Virus record (IMG/VR): IMGVR_UViG_3300049629_000715
Coordinates: 1-61,346 of that record
Reading direction: 5' to 3' (one strand)
Length of the DNA stretch: 61,346 bases
Source of the DNA: a virus
Taxonomy: Duplodnaviria; Caudoviricetes
Shown piece after piece: positions 47,866 through 57,674 of this stretch (its first letter is position 1; each line of letters opens with the position of its first letter). The translations under genes and the position numbers were made by a program. The notes beneath the pieces are model-generated. The model ran no database searches, was not told the origin of the DNA, and worked only from the letters and a program-made list of their open reading frames with translations.

Positions 47866-48537
47866 ATGAAAATACAACAGCCAAGTAAAATTGAGAAAAT
47901 CGAAGTTGAAAAACTAATCCCCTACGCAAGAAACAGCCGAACCCATAGCGATGCTCAAGTGGCGCAAATCGCCGCAAGTATTCGTGAATTTGGTTTTAAC
48001 AATCCTGTCCTTATTGGGCCTGATAACGACATCATCGCTGGTCATGGCCGAGTATTGGCCGCAAGAAAACTTGAGCTTACAAGTATTCCTTGTATCAAAC
48101 TCGGACATCTTACCGAAAACCAGAAACAGGGATTTATTATCGCTGACAATCGTATCGCCATGAATGCCGGATGGGATGATGAAATGTTAAAACTTGAAAT
48201 AGCAAAACTAAAAAATGAAAACTTCAATTTAGATTTGATTGGTTTTTCATCAGCTGAATTAGATGTGATGATAGGATCATTAGATGGTGAAAAGGTAACA
48301 AATCTAAAAGATGAATGGACTGGCATGCCAGAATATGAGAAAAAGGAAATTTGTTTTAGAAATGTTGTAGTAAATTTTGATAATGCCGAGGATGTTACAG
48401 AATTCTTCAAAATAATTGGTCAGGATTTCACAGATAAAACAAAATCCATTTGGTTCCCTAAAAAAGAAAAAGATATTGTCATAGATACAATGTGGATTGA
48501 TGAAGAAGCAATTGACAATTCAGATGAACAGGAATAA
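47866..48537 (+). CDS. ParB/Srx N-terminal domain protein
   Basis: LIPYARNSRTH…SIREFGF…IIAGHGR…IADNR. Confidence 0.9.
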   Translation: MKIQQPSKIEKIEVEKLIPYARNSRTHSDAQVAQIAASIREFGFNNPVLIGPDNDIIAGHGRVLAARKLELTSIPCIKLGHLTENQKQGFIIADNRIAMNAGWDDEMLKLEIAKLKNENFNLDLIGFSSAELDVMIGSLDGEKVTNLKDEWTGMPEYEKKEICFRNVVVNFDNAEDVTEFFKIIGQDFTDKTKSIWFPKKEKDIVIDTMWIDEEAIDNSDEQE

Positions 48538-49408
48538 CTACCCACAATTCCCATTATACATTCCATCTAAAGGGCGAAGTCAATTTATGATGACATCGCA
48601 GGCATTAACAAAAATGGGGGTTCATCATAATATAGTTGTCGAACCACAAGAAGTTAAAAAATATCAGAATGCCGTAAGGCAAATGAATTTATTAACAAAT
48701 GTAATTGAATTAGATATGTCGTATAAATCAAAATATGAATTATGCGATACTCATGGATTAAAAAAATCCACAGGATCAGGTCCGGCTCGTAATTTTATTT
48801 GGGATCATTCTATTTCAGAAGGTCACAAATGGCATTGGATTATGGATGACAATATTCGTGAATTCTGGCGAATGACTAAAAATAAAAGAATAAGAACTAC
48901 CTGTTGCGGTTTTTGGAAAGCAATGGAAGATTTCGTTTTAAGATATATCAATGTTGGAATGGCTGGTCCATGCTATTCAATGTTTGGATTTGGGCCAAAA
49001 GAACCATTTTGCACAAATACAAGAATTTATTCATGCAATTTAATCCGAAATGATATTCCATTTAGATGGCGAGGACGATATAACGAAGATACGATTTTAT
49101 CATTGGACATGTTAAAACAAGGATGGTGTACCATTCAATTTTATACATTTCTTCAAGGCAAAATTGCGACACAATCTATGACAGGCGGCAATACAACCGA
49201 AATTTATCAAGATGGCACAATGGATAAATCTAAAATGCTTGTTAGAGAACACCCTGATGTTGCAAAAGTCGTTTGGAAATATAAACGATGGCACCATTTT
49301 GTTGATTATACCCCATTCAAAAAAAATAAATTGATTAAAAAGAAAAATCTTAATATTGATCGATCTCCTAAAAATTACGGAATGAAATTAGTAACATTGG
49401 CTCAATAA
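48524..49408 (+). CDS. TAGT/GREB1-like (GT-A) glycosyltransferase, putative DNA base modifier
   Basis: YIPSKGR, GPARN, WIMDDNI, YSCNL, YNED and GGNT motifs. Confidence 0.75.
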   Translation: MNRNNYPQFPLYIPSKGRSQFMMTSQALTKMGVHHNIVVEPQEVKKYQNAVRQMNLLTNVIELDMSYKSKYELCDTHGLKKSTGSGPARNFIWDHSISEGHKWHWIMDDNIREFWRMTKNKRIRTTCCGFWKAMEDFVLRYINVGMAGPCYSMFGFGPKEPFCTNTRIYSCNLIRNDIPFRWRGRYNEDTILSLDMLKQGWCTIQFYTFLQGKIATQSMTGGNTTEIYQDGTMDKSKMLVREHPDVAKVVWKYKRWHHFVDYTPFKKNKLIKKKNLNIDRSPKNYGMKLVTLAQ

Positions 49409-49412
49409 AATT

Positions 49413-49991
49413 ATGGCTAAACCAATTTGGGGCATGGTCCCTCCGGGGGGATGGCATTATCAGGACGGCGATGTTACGCTTGAAGGCTGGAGCCTTGATA
49501 ATCTTTACGATGTTGTTAGGAACTATCGCGCTGAAAACAATCTTCCGCTTGGCGATGTTGTTGGAGATGTTAATTCTTTCGTTTGTGGTAATTTCCCAAA
49601 TTATTGTCATGGCGTTGATATGGTTGTTGTTACCAGCGTCGAACAGCCGAACCAGCAAACAGAACTTCTTACAGATATTACAGTTTGGGCAAAGAATACC
49701 CTCACAACCAACAAGCGAATTGATTTCGTCACGGATGAATTGGCTGAAGCGAGAGCCAAGGTCTGCGCCAAATGTCCAAAGAATGTGAAATGGCGTAGTG
49801 GGTGCCAATCCTGCATAACAGCAACGGAACGGCTATCTGTAAGCATACGGCAAGCGCGGGAAACAAAAACCTCGCGTTCTTTGGGAGGCTGTTCTATAAT
49901 GCGCCACGACAACCGGAGTGCTGTGTTTTTCGACAAAAACAATTTTAACAAACCGCAAAACTTGCCAGCAAAATGCTGGCTGAATCAATAA
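49413..49991 (+). CDS. Cys-rich hypothetical protein
   Basis: PPGGWHY; CAKCPKN…GCQSC…GGC…KCWL. Confidence 0.7.
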   Translation: MAKPIWGMVPPGGWHYQDGDVTLEGWSLDNLYDVVRNYRAENNLPLGDVVGDVNSFVCGNFPNYCHGVDMVVVTSVEQPNQQTELLTDITVWAKNTLTTNKRIDFVTDELAEARAKVCAKCPKNVKWRSGCQSCITATERLSVSIRQARETKTSRSLGGCSIMRHDNRSAVFFDKNNFNKPQNLPAKCWLNQ

Positions 49992-52417
49992 TGGCTAACA
50001 CTATCAAACCAATTCCCGCAGAAGTCAGCAACGCATACGCAACGAAAGCTCCAAGGATTCGTGATGGTTCTGATAAAAACCAACGGGTAGCTTTGGAAAT
50101 CAAAGAGCAAAAAGTCAACGATTCTGGCGAGGTTGTTGATAAAGAAACTTTAGAAGTCCGCAGAACTTTCCGTGACGCTTCCCAAGCCCATTCGGCCTAT
50201 AAGCGTCTGAAACAGCAAAATGTTGAACGAAACAAAAAGAACGCTCTGATTCAAAAGAAGTTGAACAATGAGCCGCCATACAGCCCAAAGAAACTTGAAA
50301 GTATGGGGCAAAACTGGCGAAGCAATCGCCCGACAGGCTTCCTTTCAATTCTCGTCAGCCGGATTCAGCCACCTTTCAAAACAGTCATTGAGGCATCAAC
50401 AACGCTGACATACAGCAAGTATCCAATTAACAGCGTTGATGCCGAGCAAAAGACCAAGGTATTCCGTGAAGAAATTACCAAGACAATTCGCGGATGGAGC
50501 GGTCACAACGATTTGTTGGCGCAAATTGTCCATGAGAACACTACATTCGGATTTACCGGAATGTGTTGGGATGACACCCGCGATTGGAAGCCAGAATTTC
50601 TGCGACAAGATTATACATTCTTCTCAATCGAGACTCCGCAGAATGTTGATGCAACTCCAATTTGGGCAAGAAAACGCAGATATCAAATCGCTGAACTTCT
50701 TCCTATTCTGGAAGACGCCGAACTATCCGCTCTTGCCGGATGGCATATCAAGAACCTCGTAAAAGCCATCAACAACGCTCGTCCTGCCGGAAGAACGCTC
50801 GACAGCGACGATGACGCTCGCCGATATGAGGACTGGATGCGTGAAGGTTCTTATGGGGCATCCTACGAAAACGATGCGAAATATGTTGAGCTTGGCGAGT
50901 TGTTGGTAAAAGAGCCAACCGGAAAGATCAGCCGATTCTTGTTTGACGATAAGACAGGCGATGAAATATGCACGCAACTTGATCGCTATAATCGAATGTC
51001 AGATTGCTTGGCATTGTTTGCTATCGAAGTCGGTTCAGGTTCTTTGATGTCAAGTCGCGGAGCTGGCCGCGACCTATACAACACCCACATTGCCGTTGAT
51101 AAGGCGAGGAATCTAATCATCGACAATACCTATCTTCGCGGAATGTTACTGCTCCGCAAAACTGCAACAGCAAAAAATGGCGTTGCTCCGCTGACTGTGA
51201 ATCATCCGGTAGCTTTCATTTCCGAAGGCTACGAGGTTGTTCAACAGCAAATGCCAGCGGATGTTGAGGATTTCATTCGCCTCGATCAATTCGTCAGCGG
51301 ATTGGCGGAAATCCAAGTTGGAACATTCCTGCCATCGTCTGCCATGGGAATTCAAACTGGCGACAAAACAGCCAGCGAAATCAACCGAGTTGCAGCGATT
51401 GAGAACCAAATCCGTGAAGGAATCCTTTCGCGCTGGGCGTTTCAATATTCCCAATCAGTTCAGCGTATGCAACGAGGAATTTGCCATCCTGAACACATTC
51501 GTGCGGCAAGTGAAATCAAGACATTGCTGGATGTTGCGAGAGTTCAAAACCCTGCCGCTGTTTGGGGGAAACGAGATGTTGTCGAAGCGTTCCTTGAATC
51601 TGAACTTGAAGTTCCTTCTTTTGTTGTTCCGTTTGAAATCCCTCGGCATTTGGACGAGGACGCAGTTGATTGCTGTTTGCGTATGCTCGAAAGGAATCTT
51701 CCTCCGAGCGATATTTTGTTGATGGCTTACTCGCCAGCACAAGAATTGTTGCCGGATATGCTGGCCCAAGACAATGCGATTCTGGATTTGTTGATTCAAC
51801 GCTACATGGGCAATCCTTCGATCAACCAAACCGAATTGATGAAACTTGATTGGAGCCGCAAAGTCGGTCAGGAAATTGCCAACAGCGTTCTCGTTCCGCC
51901 TGATATGGTTCAGGCTAACGCGATTGAAGCCACACGCCAGCAAGTTATCGAGTTGCAAAGCATCATGGCAGGCCAAGAGGTTCCCGTGTCGCCTCGGGAC
52001 GATGACGATATTCACTTGCAGACGCTCACGCAAAAGCTGATGCCAGTCATTGCTAACGCTCCGGAAGGTTCTCTGCCTCCTGAAATGATTCAGCCGTTTA
52101 CGAGAGCGTTACAGCACTACATGACGCATATCCAACAAGCCGAGGGCAAAGGCATGGATAAAAAGAAACTTCAACTCTTCAAAGAAGGATTGAAAATGGC
52201 CTATGACAAATTGACAGCAGGAATGAATGTTCCTCCTGTTGATCAAATCATGCCTGCCGCCGCTGGCGCAGGAGGAGGCGGAAGGGGAGGCGGAGGAAGA
52301 AGGCCATCAGTAGCGCAAGCAAATATGGCAGGAGAGGCATTGGCCGCATCCTCACCAAGTCAACTCGGAGAAATCAATCAGATTGCCGCTCCCGGAAAAC
52401 CTCCAACAGCCGCTTAA
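49991..52417 (+). CDS. Portal protein (putative)
   Basis: About 808 aa helical protein with KTASEI motif; lies between terminase and scaffold/capsid. Confidence 0.75.
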   Translation: MANTIKPIPAEVSNAYATKAPRIRDGSDKNQRVALEIKEQKVNDSGEVVDKETLEVRRTFRDASQAHSAYKRLKQQNVERNKKNALIQKKLNNEPPYSPKKLESMGQNWRSNRPTGFLSILVSRIQPPFKTVIEASTTLTYSKYPINSVDAEQKTKVFREEITKTIRGWSGHNDLLAQIVHENTTFGFTGMCWDDTRDWKPEFLRQDYTFFSIETPQNVDATPIWARKRRYQIAELLPILEDAELSALAGWHIKNLVKAINNARPAGRTLDSDDDARRYEDWMREGSYGASYENDAKYVELGELLVKEPTGKISRFLFDDKTGDEICTQLDRYNRMSDCLALFAIEVGSGSLMSSRGAGRDLYNTHIAVDKARNLIIDNTYLRGMLLLRKTATAKNGVAPLTVNHPVAFISEGYEVVQQQMPADVEDFIRLDQFVSGLAEIQVGTFLPSSAMGIQTGDKTASEINRVAAIENQIREGILSRWAFQYSQSVQRMQRGICHPEHIRAASEIKTLLDVARVQNPAAVWGKRDVVEAFLESELEVPSFVVPFEIPRHLDEDAVDCCLRMLERNLPPSDILLMAYSPAQELLPDMLAQDNAILDLLIQRYMGNPSINQTELMKLDWSRKVGQEIANSVLVPPDMVQANAIEATRQQVIELQSIMAGQEVPVSPRDDDDIHLQTLTQKLMPVIANAPEGSLPPEMIQPFTRALQHYMTHIQQAEGKGMDKKKLQLFKEGLKMAYDKLTAGMNVPPVDQIMPAAAGAGGGGRGGGGRRPSVAQANMAGEALAASSPSQLGEINQIAAPGKPPTAA

Positions 52418-52429
52418 AAAACAAACAAT

Positions 52430-52729
52430 ATGGAAATAAAAAAACTAAAAACACGCGAAAAAAATAACGAGAAAAAAGAACCAGCTAAATTGAAACAGCT
52501 TCCTTCGATGAAAGAGAAAGAGGAAGAACTTGATTCTTTGCTTTCTGCCGAGGAACAAGCCGCATACGAGAGGCTTGAAAAACAGGGGATGAGCGACCAA
52601 GGCATCGTCAGCCCAAAAGAACTTAAAGAGTTCGGAAAAGATGTTTATCGCGGCGTTAAAGCTAAAGCGAAAAAAGTTGCCGAAAAAGTTAGTGCCATGA
52701 TTGGCAAATCCAAAGACAACGAGAAATGA
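52430..52729 (+). CDS. Charged hypothetical protein
   Basis: 99-aa K/E-rich ORF. Confidence 0.6.
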   Translation: MEIKKLKTREKNNEKKEPAKLKQLPSMKEKEEELDSLLSAEEQAAYERLEKQGMSDQGIVSPKELKEFGKDVYRGVKAKAKKVAEKVSAMIGKSKDNEK

Positions 52730-52965
52730 CTTGGGAACAATCTGATTCAAATAGATTTCGGGAATACCTGAACAAAAACCAAGGGAAATTGTTTTCATTC
52801 CTGAAAACACGAATCCCGCGAGTTGATGGCAAAACGATTGAAGAAGTCGCTTTGCAGGCTAAATACAAAGAAGGATTTGAATTTGCTTTGAGGGAAATGG
52901 ACGATCTTGCAATGTCGCAGGAAACAAAGGATGATCCATCTTCTGGAACATTCACAACAATGTAA
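52726..52965 (+). CDS. Hypothetical protein
   Basis: 79-aa ORF with ATGA overlap. Confidence 0.65.
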   Translation: MTWEQSDSNRFREYLNKNQGKLFSFLKTRIPRVDGKTIEEVALQAKYKEGFEFALREMDDLAMSQETKDDPSSGTFTTM

Positions 52966-52967
52966 TT

Positions 52968-53129
52968 ATGAAACAAGGACTCTACGCAAACATTAACGCT
53001 AAACGCAAACGCATCGAAGCTGGGAGCGGAGAAAAAATGCGCAAACCCGGATCGAAAGGAGCGCCAACCGCCAAATCATTCAAAGAGGCGGCAAAGACAG
53101 CGAAGCCAGTAAATAAAAAGAAAAAGTAA
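52968..53129 (+). CDS. Small basic phage protein (GLYANI…KGAPT type)
   Basis: MKQGLYANINAKRKRIEAGSGEKMRKPGSKGAPTAKSFKEAAKTAK…; translated by hand, absent from the ORF track. Confidence 0.8.
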   Translation: MKQGLYANINAKRKRIEAGSGEKMRKPGSKGAPTAKSFKEAAKTAKPVNKKKK

Positions 53130-53380
53130 TGGCTGAAATAAAAAAGCGGTTCACGAAAATCATAGTCAACAAGGCGACCGGAAGGACACGAACTGTCAAA
53201 TACGGGCAAGCTGGAAAAGCTAAAGATGGCAAGGATCGTATCCGTCCCGGAACAAAAAAAGGCGATGCCTATTGCGCTCGTTCGCTAAAGATCAAAGGAG
53301 ATTGGAAAAAAGACCCAAACTCCCCGAATAATTTGTCTCGTAAAAAATGGCGGTGTCGCGGGGCAAAATCAATGAAGTGA
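53129..53380 (+). CDS. Small basic phage protein (YCARS…SRKKWRC type)
   Basis: Lys/Arg-rich with recognisable motif. Confidence 0.8.
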   Translation: MAEIKKRFTKIIVNKATGRTRTVKYGQAGKAKDGKDRIRPGTKKGDAYCARSLKIKGDWKKDPNSPNNLSRKKWRCRGAKSMK

Positions 53381-53413
53381 TAATTAAATACTAAAATACC
53401 AACAAATATAAAT

Positions 53414-54658
53414 ATGGAAGATAACGAAAAATCAGAAATGGATGTGACGGGATTCGGGAATCCATCACTTGACGCAGATAGAATTGATGATGAAACCGAC
53501 GCGCAAATTGATGATGCGTTGGATGCCGCATTATCTGAAACCGGAGAATTAGGAGATGCTGGAATTCCAGATGAAGAACCAGTTTTAGAATCCCAAGAAC
53601 CTGCGCCTGAAGAACCGCAAATCCCAGCAGAGCCTCAAACGCAGGAACCAACTGCTCCGCAGGTTGAAATTGATCCTGAAATTTCCGCCATTGAACAGCC
53701 GCGAAATCTTTCAGAAAAAAATCAAAGCAACTGGCGCAAACTGCAGGAAACAGCTTCAAATTACAAACGCCAAGCGCAAGAAGCAGAGGCCATGCGTTCC
53801 AAGTTGCAGGAATACGAAACCAAACCTCCGCTCCCATCAGATTACGAGGATTTGCGCCAATTCCGCGCCATCTTCGATGTTCAGTCTGATCCTGAATTCC
53901 AAGAGAAATACGATAAGCCAATCAATCAGGCTAAAAACCAAGTTTATTCTATCCTCAAGAAACATGAGGCTTCGGATGAATTGATTCAAAAAATTGAAGC
54001 ACAGGGTGGCCCTGACAAGATTAGCCAAGAATGGTGGGTCAATAATGTGATCAACAAATTGCCGCTGACCGATGCTGAACGGCTAAAACGCGGGTTGGTT
54101 GATGTTGCCGATCTGCAAGAACGCAGAGTTGCGGAGGTTCAGAAATCTGCGGCTAACGCCGAACAGTATTACCAGCAAAGAGGTGAAGCGGCAGTTGAGT
54201 GGTTCGCCAATCAGGAGAACGAAATTTTCCAGTATGTGCAGAACAAAATCGTTGAGCAAAAAGCTGATTGGGCAATGCGTAAAGAAGTTCCTAAAAACGC
54301 AACGCCGGATCAGGTAAAGGCGATTCAATCGCATAATGAGCTTGCGGGAAATGTGGAGAACCTTTTCGTGTCCGCATTGTGGCCAAAAACATCACAGGAA
54401 CGAGCCGATGTCGCCGCCGCCGCCGCGATGAGTCATGTTCTGTCGAACCAACTTCGCGTAGAGCAAACGGCAAAGCAAAAAATGCAACAGCAGTTGAAGC
54501 AACTAACAGAAGAAAATACTCGCCTCAAGGGGGCTGGTAAGTTGCCGAAACAAAATCTTGCAACCGCATCCAGCAACAAGCAAACAAGCACCAATGATCG
54601 CTTGAAAATGTCTTCGCTCGACGCCATTGATCTTGGTTTGGATGAGGCGGGAGCTTAA
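53414..54658 (+). CDS. Capsid scaffolding protein (putative)
   Basis: Acidic Pro-rich N-terminus and long coiled coils; upstream of the capsid gene. Confidence 0.7.
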   Translation: MEDNEKSEMDVTGFGNPSLDADRIDDETDAQIDDALDAALSETGELGDAGIPDEEPVLESQEPAPEEPQIPAEPQTQEPTAPQVEIDPEISAIEQPRNLSEKNQSNWRKLQETASNYKRQAQEAEAMRSKLQEYETKPPLPSDYEDLRQFRAIFDVQSDPEFQEKYDKPINQAKNQVYSILKKHEASDELIQKIEAQGGPDKISQEWWVNNVINKLPLTDAERLKRGLVDVADLQERRVAEVQKSAANAEQYYQQRGEAAVEWFANQENEIFQYVQNKIVEQKADWAMRKEVPKNATPDQVKAIQSHNELAGNVENLFVSALWPKTSQERADVAAAAAMSHVLSNQLRVEQTAKQKMQQQLKQLTEENTRLKGAGKLPKQNLATASSNKQTSTNDRLKMSSLDAIDLGLDEAGA

Positions 54659-54660
54659 TC

Positions 54661-54687
54661 CAACTGTCAAGCAATTCTTGACAGTTG
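54661..54687. promoter_or_regulatory. Perfect inverted repeat CAACTGTCAAG-N5-CTTGACAGTTG
   Basis: 11-bp arms in the intergenic gap; a second hairpin TGTCTGGT…ACCGGACA overlaps downstream. Confidence 0.7.
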
Positions 54688-54742
54688 TCTGGTAATACCG
54701 GACATCCTCGAATTTAATCAATAAACAAATAATTTTTATCTT

Positions 54743-55762
54743 ATGAGCCAAACCAAAATGTCCCCTGACGAGAAAATCACCGCGATTGCATTAGATCAAC
54801 CCGATCCATTCGCTCGTCCCGGACAGCCTGCCAAAAGCGTAGCAAAATCTCCTGCAAGACCGCAGAGGGACTTTTCTCATCTTGATGAACCTTTGCCAAA
54901 GCAAGAGCAAAAAAAAGAGGAGGTTGTCGTTAAAACGGATGAACCAGCTAAAAAACGAGGAAGGAAAACCAAGATTCTTGAATCGGTAGAGGCTCCAGAG
55001 CCAAAATTGGAAGAAATTCCAAAAATTGAAGAAATTATTGTGGAATCTCGCAATCAAGAAGGCATGCCGTCTTATCGGACTGATTTTTCTGGTCGTGATA
55101 TATTCGTTGGATGCGCTTGGTATAAAACAACCAATCCGGTCACTTGTTTTGCGCTGATTGCTTTGGCTTTGGACTTTGGCCGAGACAAAATCCGTTTCGA
55201 TATGGAACTTGGTGATGCGATGATTTATCACGCAAGGAATCGTTTGGCTCAAAAATTCCTTGAAACGGAAGCCAAGTATCTTCTGATGATTGATGATGAC
55301 ATTATTCCAAGTATCGGCAGGCCTCCTTGGATGAGAGCAACTGTTCATGCCGCGAGAAATGTCATCGACTTGCCGCTTCAACGCCATATTGTGCATCGTC
55401 TGTTGAATTCTGGAAAAACATTGATTGGCGGAGCGTATTTCGGAAGACAAGAAGGCGGGAAATTGATGTGTAGCGATCAATCGCTGGCGAAAAATGCGCG
55501 GCAATACGATGATTTCATTGTTCCGGTTGATTGGATCGGAACCGGATGCTTGATGATTCACAGAAAAGTATTCACGGACATGCAAGAAAAATTCCCTGAA
55601 CTTGCGACCAATGATCCTCTCGCCCCATTTGATTATTTCCTACCAATGAAAGGGCATGTTGGAGAAGATGTCGCGTTCTGCCACAGGGCAAAACAAGCGG
55701 GACACCAACCGCATATTGACCTTGGAACACCAATTTACCATGTCGGCTACAAAACCTACTGA
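54743..55762 (+). CDS. GT-A (GT2-like) glycosyltransferase with charged N-terminal extension
   Basis: HARNRLA…LMIDDDI…IGTGCLMIHRKVF…GEDVAFC…H. Confidence 0.85.
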   Translation: MSQTKMSPDEKITAIALDQPDPFARPGQPAKSVAKSPARPQRDFSHLDEPLPKQEQKKEEVVVKTDEPAKKRGRKTKILESVEAPEPKLEEIPKIEEIIVESRNQEGMPSYRTDFSGRDIFVGCAWYKTTNPVTCFALIALALDFGRDKIRFDMELGDAMIYHARNRLAQKFLETEAKYLLMIDDDIIPSIGRPPWMRATVHAARNVIDLPLQRHIVHRLLNSGKTLIGGAYFGRQEGGKLMCSDQSLAKNARQYDDFIVPVDWIGTGCLMIHRKVFTDMQEKFPELATNDPLAPFDYFLPMKGHVGEDVAFCHRAKQAGHQPHIDLGTPIYHVGYKTY

Positions 55763-56370
55763 TGAAGCCTAAAATTTACGCTTATTACGAGTCAATCCAG
55801 ACAAGAAACCAACCAGAGGAATTTGCTTGCGCGAATATCTGGAAAGAATCTTGGGAAAAACATGGATGGGAAGCTGTGATGCTCAACAATAGCCATGCTA
55901 AAGGAAGCATGCTGCATCAAAAATTGATTTCAAAAATCCTAAAAACGATGCCGCTTCTTTCTTTAGAAGATCAAAACAATTTACAGCGTTTAGCTGTTCG
56001 TTTTTCGCGTTGGTGCGCTCTCCATGCCGCTCGCGGAGGTTGGATATCTGATTATGATGTCGTGAATATTGGTTTCACTCCAGAAGACGCTGAAAAAATG
56101 GCCTCTGTTGATGCGTTGATTATCATTGGTGACCCAAGGGCATATTTGATTCACGCAAACAACGAAATTTGCGCTGGTTCTATCAGTAAATTTATTTCTG
56201 GAGACATTATGAACGGGAATAATGTGAAATCCGAGTCAGAAATCCTAAATTTCAGCAAAGAATACGAGGATATGAACAAAAAAATTGTTCATGCTCGAAA
56301 ATTTGATGGTAAAACGAAATCGGAAACCATGAAATCAATTTATGGACAATTCATTTCCGTTCCGGCGTAG
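55762..56370 (+). CDS. Putative DxD glycosyltransferase (GT32/Och1-like)
   Basis: ESWEKHGWE…RWCAL…GGWISDYDV. Confidence 0.6.
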   Translation: MKPKIYAYYESIQTRNQPEEFACANIWKESWEKHGWEAVMLNNSHAKGSMLHQKLISKILKTMPLLSLEDQNNLQRLAVRFSRWCALHAARGGWISDYDVVNIGFTPEDAEKMASVDALIIIGDPRAYLIHANNEICAGSISKFISGDIMNGNNVKSESEILNFSKEYEDMNKKIVHARKFDGKTKSETMKSIYGQFISVPA

Positions 56371-57067
56371 AAAAACATTTCTGCATACAGGGCATATTGG
56401 TGATATAATTGCTTTTTTACCGTCATTCCAAGCTCTAAACGGAACTACGATTGTCGTCCAAGACGGAGAACGGATGGCTCCAATGCGAGGATTCAAATTT
56501 GATTCATTACAACCGCTCCTCGAAAGTCAGGGGATTGAAACAACGATGAAATTTTCTGGATTTTGCATTGATGTCAATGTTTCAAGTTGGAGAGAATGTT
56601 ATCGCGATGATATTTCTTTGCTGGATTCGCAAGCGAGATATTTAGGAATTATTCCAAAAAAAACGGGGCACATGAAAATAACTGAGCCTTGGATAAAAGT
56701 TGAAAAAAACAAAAAACTCATCGGAAAAACAATTTTCAATCGCACGCCAAGATATAGAAATGAAAGATTTTCGTGGAAGAAAATTTATGATAAATATGGG
56801 GGAAATTCTATTTTCATTGGAACCAAGGAAGAGCACGATGATTTTTGCGAAAAAGTTGGGGCTATTCAATATTATCAGACCAAAAATTGTTTAGAAGTCG
56901 CTGAAGCAATCAACGGGTGTGATCTTTTTATTGGGAATCAATCAAGTTCTTTTTGGATAGCCGCCGCGCTCAGAAAACCTTTAATTCAAGAAGTGTTTCC
57001 TCCGTGTCCAAATAGCATTATTGAGTATCCAGAAGCGCAGTATTTATTTCACACCGACAATTTATGA
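56342..57067 (+). CDS. GT9 (heptosyltransferase)-like glycosyltransferase
   Basis: GHIGDII N-terminal motif; LEVAEAINGCDLFIGNQSS…AAALRKP. Confidence 0.75.
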   Translation: MDNSFPFRRRKTFLHTGHIGDIIAFLPSFQALNGTTIVVQDGERMAPMRGFKFDSLQPLLESQGIETTMKFSGFCIDVNVSSWRECYRDDISLLDSQARYLGIIPKKTGHMKITEPWIKVEKNKKLIGKTIFNRTPRYRNERFSWKKIYDKYGGNSIFIGTKEEHDDFCEKVGAIQYYQTKNCLEVAEAINGCDLFIGNQSSSFWIAAALRKPLIQEVFPPCPNSIIEYPEAQYLFHTDNL

Positions 57068-57663
57068 AAGAGTCATCAAAAGCTATGGAGAGGAGGTTTA
57101 AATCTGAAAAAGCTCCTTTATTCAAAAAGATTTTTACAGGCAAAGGAATCGATATTGGCGCAGGCGACGATCTTATCAAAATTGATGGAGTTGTCGGATT
57201 TGATGTTGATGATGGAGACGCAAACCATCTTGACCGATATTTTGAAACCGAATCTTTTGATTTTATTCATGCGTCGCAATGCTTGGAACACATGATTGAT
57301 CCTAAATCCGCTCTTGCTTCTTGGCTGAAAGTTCTCAAAAAAGGCGGATACGCAGTTATCTCTATTCCGTCTTGGGAACTATACGAGGGAATGATTTGGC
57401 CTAGCCGATTCAACCCGGATCACAAGTCAACTTGGTCTTTATGGATGCCAGCTTCTCCAGCACCAACTCATGTTTGCTTGCCAGAATGGACTGCATGTTT
57501 TTCTGATTGTGATTTGATCTGCTGTGACTTGATAGACACAAACTATAATTACAAAATTGGAACTCGTGTCGATCAAACATATCCATACGAAAATCGCGTT
57601 GAGGCGTTCATAGAATTTATTTTGAGGAAAAGAAAAAATTATTTGACAAGCTCAATTCTTTGA
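57064..57663 (+). CDS. Class I SAM-dependent methyltransferase
   Basis: GIDIGAG…FDFIHASQCLEH…WLKVLKKGG. Confidence 0.9.
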   Translation: MKESSKAMERRFKSEKAPLFKKIFTGKGIDIGAGDDLIKIDGVVGFDVDDGDANHLDRYFETESFDFIHASQCLEHMIDPKSALASWLKVLKKGGYAVISIPSWELYEGMIWPSRFNPDHKSTWSLWMPASPAPTHVCLPEWTACFSDCDLICCDLIDTNYNYKIGTRVDQTYPYENRVEAFIEFILRKRKNYLTSSIL

Positions 57664-57671
57664 AATAAAAC
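57643..57671 (+). promoter_or_regulatory. Sigma70-like promoter for the capsid gene
   Basis: TTGACA-N17-TAAAAC with an A-rich upstream tract. Confidence 0.65.
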
Positions 57672-57674
57672 ATT

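Noticed and set aside
51455-55585. Long antisense ORFs (51455-52033, 53391-53921, 54791-55585) and other minus-strand ORFs
   Set aside because: They are shadows of well-supported + strand genes with no domain signatures
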